From Thermoplasmata archaeon (GTDB taxonomy: Archaea; Thermoplasmatota; Thermoplasmata; Thermoplasmatales; GCA-001856825), in contig JAJYMI010000076.1 of assembly GCA_021787125.1 (NCBI GenBank), positions 264 through 64,263 on the forward strand: a stretch of 64,000 nucleotides of DNA, written 5' to 3'. A program made the position numbers and the translations under genes. Positions 58,218-64,000 of this stretch are shown in pieces. The notes under the pieces were generated by a model that ran no database searches, had not been told where the DNA came from, and saw only the letters and a list, made by a program, of their open reading frames with translations. The stretch's first letter is position 1, and each line of letters starts with the position of its first letter.

Positions 58218-58502
58218 ATGTATCGCCAACGCAGAGGGACTTTAGCTATGTCCGTTCAGATGGGAATGTGGGAGAGAAGGTGGGTGCGCTATCTGGTGGT
58301 CTATTCCATCGTGATTTCTGGATTCATAGGGCTGGGTCTGATAGTTTTTTACTTGTTCGCCAGTGGATTTGACTTTTTCAACTCACCCCTTCGCATGCCC
58401 ATCGGTTTTTTCATAGGACTGCTGATAGTACTTATTGACGTTGGTGGATCATTAGCGGGTTACTTCTTCTTGATCCTCCTTAGGAAGAGAAAAAGCACCT
58501 AA
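58218..58502 (+). CDS. Small membrane protein, 94 aa
   Basis: Two hydrophobic helices. Confidence 0.45.
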   Translation: MYRQRRGTLAMSVQMGMWERRWVRYLVVYSIVISGFIGLGLIVFYLFASGFDFFNSPLRMPIGFFIGLLIVLIDVGGSLAGYFFLILLRKRKST

Positions 58503-58737
58503 CGAATGATAATTCGGCTGAGGAAGTGAAGACAGACTAAACTGGAGATGTTTGACCGTAACCAGCTAACAGGGTACACCTTCATTTGATGGAAAATGAG
58601 ATACTCTATTTTGTGGTGCTGAAATCGCGACCTCTCTCCTCCTGGTAGCCCTGCTCACTTATGAAACGGAGAAGACACGAAAGGGTACAAGATTAGTGCT
58701 GTAGTAAGATAGTTATAAAGACTGTTGCTACTCAATA

Positions 58738-59274
58738 ATGCGAAGGAACACGCTGATCGTTGGCGTTGTGTTACTGGCAGTAGGCATTATCATGGCGGGA
58801 GCAGCGTGGGTTGAATTCACTCACTCATTGACCAGTACGCTTTCTTCTTCAAAGGGACAGGAAGGAGGTGCAATGTACGCAGGGCAGAACGGCGACTTCT
58901 ATTCCAGCCTCCTTACCGCTGGACCAGGTAGTGAGATCATAGTTTCCTCCAATTCTTCCGATGTCCACCCATACCTGATTTCGTCGGGAGACCTTTCCAT
59001 CGTTAACTCTGAGAACATAGGAAATTATTCTATTGCAGCCTCTCTGATTCAGGGGAACAGTTCCGGATATTCTGAACTGAATGGAACATACTATGTCGTG
59101 ACTTTCGGAACGTCTCCCCCGAGCATTGCGTACATCGTGGCCTCTCACTTCAGCAGCCTGGTCATTGAGGGTGGTCTGATAGCACTGGGCGCCATCCTCG
59201 GGATCGCAGGATTAGTTGTAGCGATAATAGGTGCGGTACGGAAGCCAAGAATTTATCCTCAGCGACCGCTCTAA
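58738..59274 (+). CDS. Membrane protein, 178 aa (paralog of the N-domain of ORF 56246-57166)
   Basis: Shared pattern: MRR..L.VGV..L..GI...GDFYSSLL versus GEYYSDLL, and NGTYYVVTFGTSPPSIAYIV versus SGEYYIVVFSTSVPPISYYV. Confidence 0.55.
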   Translation: MRRNTLIVGVVLLAVGIIMAGAAWVEFTHSLTSTLSSSKGQEGGAMYAGQNGDFYSSLLTAGPGSEIIVSSNSSDVHPYLISSGDLSIVNSENIGNYSIAASLIQGNSSGYSELNGTYYVVTFGTSPPSIAYIVASHFSSLVIEGGLIALGAILGIAGLVVAIIGAVRKPRIYPQRPL

Positions 59275-59358
59275 CTCATTCCGGATTCCTGCAACCATAG
59301 TTTAGCATCAGCCTCCACTGGCACAGAAGGATCCACGTTCAAGGGTCACTATGTAACC

Positions 59359-60024
59359 CTATGTCTGCGTGTTCCTCTTTTCGTTCAGTATCGAACTGGT
59401 TCCTCTGTAGACAAGTATGGCGCCAACGAAACTGAACAGAGGGATGAATATTCCGACAACGTACATTATTCCTGCAGTGCCAAAAGCACTCTTGTCGAAG
59501 TGATCCCTGAGCCTGAATGCACCTATTACGAGTCCGAGAACCTCCCCTACGAGACCCATAATCCCGCCCACCAGTATCATTACAAATCCTCCGAGTATCA
59601 TTACGACCGAAGTACTCAGCGCCGCACCTATGATCAGTACCATTCCGACGAATATGAGGATGAGGGCAATGAAGTACAGATTTATTCCGGTGTACGGGGA
59701 GTCGAACCTCTCAGAAGTGCCCTTGAGGTGACTGTATCCAGACCTAAGGAACACTAATGAAACAATCTGGATGACGATAGCGGGCACGGAAATGGGAAGG
59801 ATGGAATAAGTATAAGAGAGAGATGAGGTCAGCGGTTGCGGCGAAGAAATACCCCTTGATAGAGCGGTCAAAAGGTAAGAGACTCCGAGGGCAAGTCCGA
59901 CCATGCCCAACAGAAAACCTAGTATGGCCAGTATCGAAAACTTCTTTACGTCGTGGAGAGCAGTCATCTCGTTCGAGGTCAGCTGCTTCATTGTAGAGGG
60001 AATAGATCCATAAGAATCGCTCAT
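59359..60024 (-). CDS. Polytopic membrane protein, 221 aa
   Basis: ORF track. Five or six hydrophobic helices. Confidence 0.55.
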   Translation of the reverse strand: MSDSYGSIPSTMKQLTSNEMTALHDVKKFSILAILGFLLGMVGLALGVSYLLTALSRGISSPQPLTSSLSYTYSILPISVPAIVIQIVSLVFLRSGYSHLKGTSERFDSPYTGINLYFIALILIFVGMVLIIGAALSTSVVMILGGFVMILVGGIMGLVGEVLGLVIGAFRLRDHFDKSAFGTAGIMYVVGIFIPLFSFVGAILVYRGTSSILNEKRNTQT

Positions 60025-60610
60025 TGTCTGCTATGGACGCTCGATTATTATATTTTTCTCGTACTGGACTGCATCTTTCGGCAGCCCAATCTTGTTTGGC
60101 TGCGTTGACAGTTTCTCGTATCTTAATGAAGGTCTTAAGGAAACAGCAGCCATCAAGACTTGCCGAGAAACATAAGAGTGAAGAGAATGCTACCTATTGG
60201 AGGACGGATAAGGATAGGAGGGATCATGGTCGATCTGAAGTGTCCAAATTTTCTCGAGCTGTTTGAGGTGGAGTTCAACCATTCGCTGATGAAAGCTTCT
60301 GCAACGCAATCAAGAGCGATGGAACAAGGATAAGAGGAATAAGCACCATAAAAATTGGAAGTGAGAGAAATATGAAATGCCCTTACTATGGACGCAAGAT
60401 TATTCAGAAAGAAGAATGGCAATGAAGATCATAGACTGACTGGAAAGATTCAAAACATTTGTTCCACAACAGTTGAGCCTATAGTTGGAATCTGTCGAGT
60501 CTATCGGTTACACAACCCTCAGTTGATCTTTCGATCTCCCGGAGCCTCTGCGTGAATGAACGTCACGACATGCGGAGTCAGTAAGACGAGTCGATTATCT
60601 AGGTACCCTT

Positions 60611-60823
60611 CTATTCAAGAGCGTCATACTCTTCTAAGGGCCCTTCGAAACCACACTTCGGACAAGCAATTACTGCTCCATGCCTGACGAGATACGGCGC
60701 TTTCGCTCCACCACTGCCTTCCATAGGGTACCGTCCCCAAACGGGCTTCTTGAAAGTCTCCCCACACTTTCGGCACCTTATGTGCTCCTTCATTTCTCTC
60801 CTTTCAGATGAGAAGATTTGCAT
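60611..60823 (-). CDS. Small zinc-ribbon protein, 70 aa (CRKCGE...CPKCGF)
   Basis: ORF track. Two CxxC pairs. Confidence 0.5.
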   Translation of the reverse strand: MQIFSSERREMKEHIRCRKCGETFKKPVWGRYPMEGSGGAKAPYLVRHGAVIACPKCGFEGPLEEYDALE

Positions 60824-60959
60824 TGAAATATTTTCTGAATAGAGTCGTTGTGGAAGTACAGAATTGTAATGGATGATGGATATCCTCGTCCATCCCTAAA
60901 CGACGGGGTCACCTTGGGCGGTCTTAAGCGGAACCCTCCGACCTAGAAACGCTTTTATT

Positions 60960-61241
60960 TTGAACATAATTGTGCTTCAAAGGGAAGAAAAGGGCGAAGG
61001 AGAGGCAAGTGAGGTGACAAGCAATCTAGATGGTCCTAGAAGGAACTGGAGACCGAGCACGCCCGTTGTAGTCCTCATGGTGCTCTTTTACGTCATGCTG
61101 TTTCTTGTCAGTTATCTCAGATTGCCGGAATGGATATCCATCGTGTTAGGTATCGCAGCGGTTGTTATTTCCCTCTATCTGCTCAACCTTTATCTTGAGT
61201 ACAGGAGACAGCGTGTAAAGGAGTCTGTCGGGCTGGGGTAA
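60960..61241 (+). CDS. Small membrane protein, 93 aa
   Basis: Two TM helices (VVVLMVLFYVMLFLVSYL, ISIVLGIAAVVISLYLLNLYL). Confidence 0.45.
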   Translation: MNIIVLQREEKGEGEASEVTSNLDGPRRNWRPSTPVVVLMVLFYVMLFLVSYLRLPEWISIVLGIAAVVISLYLLNLYLEYRRQRVKESVGLG

Positions 61242-61380
61242 CAAAGGTTTCTATAGCCTGAAGATTCACCAGTATTACATTCGGCTAGTGAGTTGGAGTT
61301 TCTCTGGACTCTGTGATTAAGAGATAGTCCGCGCTCAATACAAACAGTTGTGAGGACAGGCAGAAGAGAGGAAAGAGAAA

Positions 61381-64000
61381 TCATTTCTTAATCCTTCTTC
61401 TCACCACTTCTATAACAATTCCTACCGGGACTACCACTATCAATACGACTACTATTATCAGGGTGTAATCCATAGAAGAATTGGCAAATGTTTTGACAGT
61501 AATGGGCTGTCCATTTACGGTAATAGAACCGTTCAGATTTCTTCCGCGATGGCCAAGTGGCAGGTGAACTTCGTACGAATAGGATCCATTGGGCTCGTTG
61601 AATAGAAGAGATGACGTTTTGGTAGATTCGGTAACGTTTATAGATTGACCAGAAAAAGTGGTGCCAGTCAAGGTTGCAGACCATGATGTTCCAGAGGGTA
61701 TTCCCGTTCCAGATATCGTAATTGGGTAAGTCACTTCCTTCCAGATGACTGACATTGTGATTGAGTTGCCGCTAACAACGAGCACCCCAGAATACATTGC
61801 TGTGCTATATCCCGAAACGGACTGGATCAGGTAATCGTAAGAGCCGTTCTGTTCATCGAATGAGATGGAACCGTTGACTGAAGATTTGACTGCCCCGTTC
61901 AGTGTAACATTCCATACCGTACCAGTCTGGAGCCCGGATTCATTGAAGGTAACCTCGAAGTTCCTTTCAAAATTCAGGAGAACAGTCTCATTCTTTCCAT
62001 TCACGCTGAAGTTCCCCTGGTAGCCTATATAATTGCTGATCGGATACCAGCTGAATCCCCATTCAGGGGAATACTGAAAGTAACTCTGATTGTCGATCAT
62101 CCCGATGTTTTGGTACTGAAGATCGAGCCTGTACGAGTAATTGGAGTACACCGGAACAGAATATGTTACGCTGTAGGTGCCATTCTTCAGGTATTCGTAA
62201 AATGTTCCGTTTGGTGACAAAAGCGTATCCTCTCCGTAAGCCTGATTTTCAAAAAAGAGGACTGAAGCGGAACCCTCCGGGGATTGGTTAGAATAAAACG
62301 TCACCAGGTAATAGTTACTTGGAGCATCGAACAATATATTCTCGTGAAGATTGCTGAAGGCAGAGAAGTTGAGATATGCAAAATTAGAACTCAAAAGAGA
62401 GGTAGTATCTGGACGTGGAACGATATTACCTATCAAGTCTGAGAGCACCTTCGCGGAATGATTCCCCTTCGGAACTAGGAATGACAAGTTCTGGTCCAGT
62501 GCGGAATATTCCGTCAGGTTTCCCATGATCATTGCCCTCGGGTAGTCAGTTGGGTACTTAACGAAAGTGAAGTTGGCGTAGACGTATGAGAGATTTCTTG
62601 AGAAGTTGACGTCCACGGTCCTGCCAGACGAGTCGACAGTAATGTTGACATCTGTGATGCTTGCGTTGAATCCGTTCGATCCGTAGTATGGTCCAGCTGG
62701 TTCCGAGGACGTACCAGACGTTCCGATGTTGAGGTCGTAAGTACCGTTAGCAAGGTAGATGGTATTGGAGTCGTTGTTACTGAGATGCTGTCCGCCGTTC
62801 AAACTGACGTACCAGTAGGTACCGCTAGGAAGACCCTTCTCAAGGAATGTCACACCATAGGTGGTGATCTTGAAAAAGGCAGCGCAGTCGATTGAGGAAG
62901 ATACATTGATAGTCCCAGTGGCCGATAGATTTGTCAGTGCGTCGAAATTGGGCTGGTAAGCACTTGGACTGAGATAAGAATAGGTCCAGTTGGTTCCATA
63001 AGGTGGAACAACGTGAAATCCTGGTGAATATAAGGAGTAGTTGTACGATCCCTGAGGCAGATCAAAGGTCATGAATTGATAGAACATCTGACCGTTTATT
63101 GCAGTATTATTTTGCCATTGAGTTACGTTTCCCATGGTCATCCTCCATTCCATACCAGCTGGCAAGATGGAATAGATCCTTACGGGATACAGGGGCACAG
63201 AACCCTTGAAGTAAATGTTGACATAGACGTTGTTGCCGCTTACATTTATGGTACCTTGGGAGGCAGTGAGTTCATAATCCCCATTGGTTACGATGCTGTA
63301 TTGGTAGGTCCCATTTCCTGTCACGAAGTCAATGGAAGAGTTGATCGATTTCTCCGTTGTACTTGCAAGGCTGACCGACCATTCGGTTCCGCTTTCAAGC
63401 CCGCTCTCCTCAAAATTGACGGTATAAATGGTGAGAGAAATGATTGAAACGGCGTCGGATTGCGTGTCGATAATCAGTATCGAATGAGATGCGCTGTCGT
63501 ATGCCTCACCTCCCTCTTCCATTGATGGGGCTAGACCGAGGTTAATCGATTCTTTAAACGACCCATTTATTGCGTATGCCCTCGTCTGCGACAACCCCTC
63601 TGATACTGCATAAACGAGACCGTTGCCGTTACAATAAAAGACTCCAAAGAACGTTCCATAATTGGACACCTGAATGGATCCCACCCTGGAGCCAGTTGTT
63701 GCGTTGTATTCTCCTATTGAACCTGAAAATTGAACAAGAATCAGGTTGTCAGTCTGGTCAAGGGCCATGTATATTCCTATACCATTCAAGGAATTCGATT
63801 CGATCATGTGGTTCCCGCCGATGACAATAAGGTTCGTGGAAGTTCCATTCAGGTTTAGCACATACACATTTCCGTTGGCAGGGTCGTACACAATGCTTAC
63901 CACGAATAAATTCATTGTACCCATGCTCTCGTACGTGGTAGCATTGATTAAGTCTATCTTGCCAGTTTCGGTGACCCAGTAAATGGTGTTATCCGATATA
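61381..64000 (-). CDS. Large surface protein (YVTN-type beta-propeller-like N-region plus thermopsin-type repeats, C-terminal TM); 5' end lies beyond the window
   Basis: The ORF track starts at ATG 63924, but my translation shows the frame stays open to position 64000 (...ISDNTIYWVTETGKIDLINATTYES-MGTM...). Repeats FEESGLESGTEW, FLEKGLPSGTYW, FNESGLQTGTVW and SGTGIPSGTSW. C-terminal TM LIIVVVLIVVVPVGIVI. Confidence 0.7.
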   Translation of the reverse strand, partial: ISDNTIYWVTETGKIDLINATTYESMGTMNLFVVSIVYDPANGNVYVLNLNGTSTNLIVIGGNHMIESNSLNGIGIYMALDQTDNLILVQFSGSIGEYNATTGSRVGSIQVSNYGTFFGVFYCNGNGLVYAVSEGLSQTRAYAINGSFKESINLGLAPSMEEGGEAYDSASHSILIIDTQSDAVSIISLTIYTVNFEESGLESGTEWSVSLASTTEKSINSSIDFVTGNGTYQYSIVTNGDYELTASQGTINVSGNNVYVNIYFKGSVPLYPVRIYSILPAGMEWRMTMGNVTQWQNNTAINGQMFYQFMTFDLPQGSYNYSLYSPGFHVVPPYGTNWTYSYLSPSAYQPNFDALTNLSATGTINVSSSIDCAAFFKITTYGVTFLEKGLPSGTYWYVSLNGGQHLSNNDSNTIYLANGTYDLNIGTSGTSSEPAGPYYGSNGFNASITDVNITVDSSGRTVDVNFSRNLSYVYANFTFVKYPTDYPRAMIMGNLTEYSALDQNLSFLVPKGNHSAKVLSDLIGNIVPRPDTTSLLSSNFAYLNFSAFSNLHENILFDAPSNYYLVTFYSNQSPEGSASVLFFENQAYGEDTLLSPNGTFYEYLKNGTYSVTYSVPVYSNYSYRLDLQYQNIGMIDNQSYFQYSPEWGFSWYPISNYIGYQGNFSVNGKNETVLLNFERNFEVTFNESGLQTGTVWNVTLNGAVKSSVNGSISFDEQNGSYDYLIQSVSGYSTAMYSGVLVVSGNSITMSVIWKEVTYPITISGTGIPSGTSWSATLTGTTFSGQSINVTESTKTSSLLFNEPNGSYSYEVHLPLGHRGRNLNGSITVNGQPITVKTFANSSMDYTLIIVVVLIVVVPVGIVIEVVRRRIKK

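Noticed and set aside
60024-60422. ORFs 60024-60266 (+) and 60153-60422 (-), and a 17-aa MKCPYYGRKI... stub at about 60372
   Set aside because: They mutually overlap, are poor in composition and have no start context. The stub may be a remnant of a zinc-ribbon gene but is too short to call.

Overview
This 64-kb window is most likely from a Thermoplasmata-type archaeon. That is an inference from the FTESGLPxGTxW surface-protein repeats, small wHTH regulators, GGAGG-type ribosome-binding sites and pervasive ATGA/GTGA start-stop overlaps. I saw no rRNA, tRNA or CRISPR array. All homology calls rest on motif recognition by eye, with no searches run.

The window is a mosaic accessory region, from left to right:
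1. **1-2.3 kb:** the end of an integrase-bearing element. The integrase itself is missing from the ORF track.
2. **3.3-10.2 kb (top finding):** an AT-rich four-gene cassette of a COG1205/DUF1998 helicase, a single-HKD PLD nuclease, an orphan 394-aa protein and a TGT-fold (DpdA-like) protein fused to a DUF6884-like domain. It is a candidate undescribed DISARM/Dpd-like hybrid defence system.
3. **11.4-18.8 kb:** an operon bracketed by near-identical direct repeats. It encodes a NYN RNase, an NAD-dependent epimerase, a 39-aa ORF, a 1716-aa megaprotein (GT, GT, kinase-like, methyltransferase, GT, GT) and a LOG/TIGR00725 protein.
4. **19-32 kb:** a defence island with RmuC, a type IIG RM enzyme, a tyrosine integrase, a Dam methylase plus a mini nuclease, and an AIPR protein.
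5. **32.6-49.3 kb:** 17 co-directional, translationally coupled genes that look provirus-like. They include a P-loop ATPase, membrane proteins, five tandem paralogs sharing an FR(S/T)KGKGxxRKVYP N-terminus, an orphan N6-methylase and four large secreted repeat proteins.
6. **49.6-53.2 kb:** an AT-rich island with a wHTH protein and a HipA-like kinase.
7. **53.4-56 kb:** a decayed element with an Endo VII-like protein and an integrase C-terminal remnant.
8. **56-64 kb:** membrane and surface proteins.

Two families of covarying hairpin repeats and several ORF-track start-site corrections are also reported.
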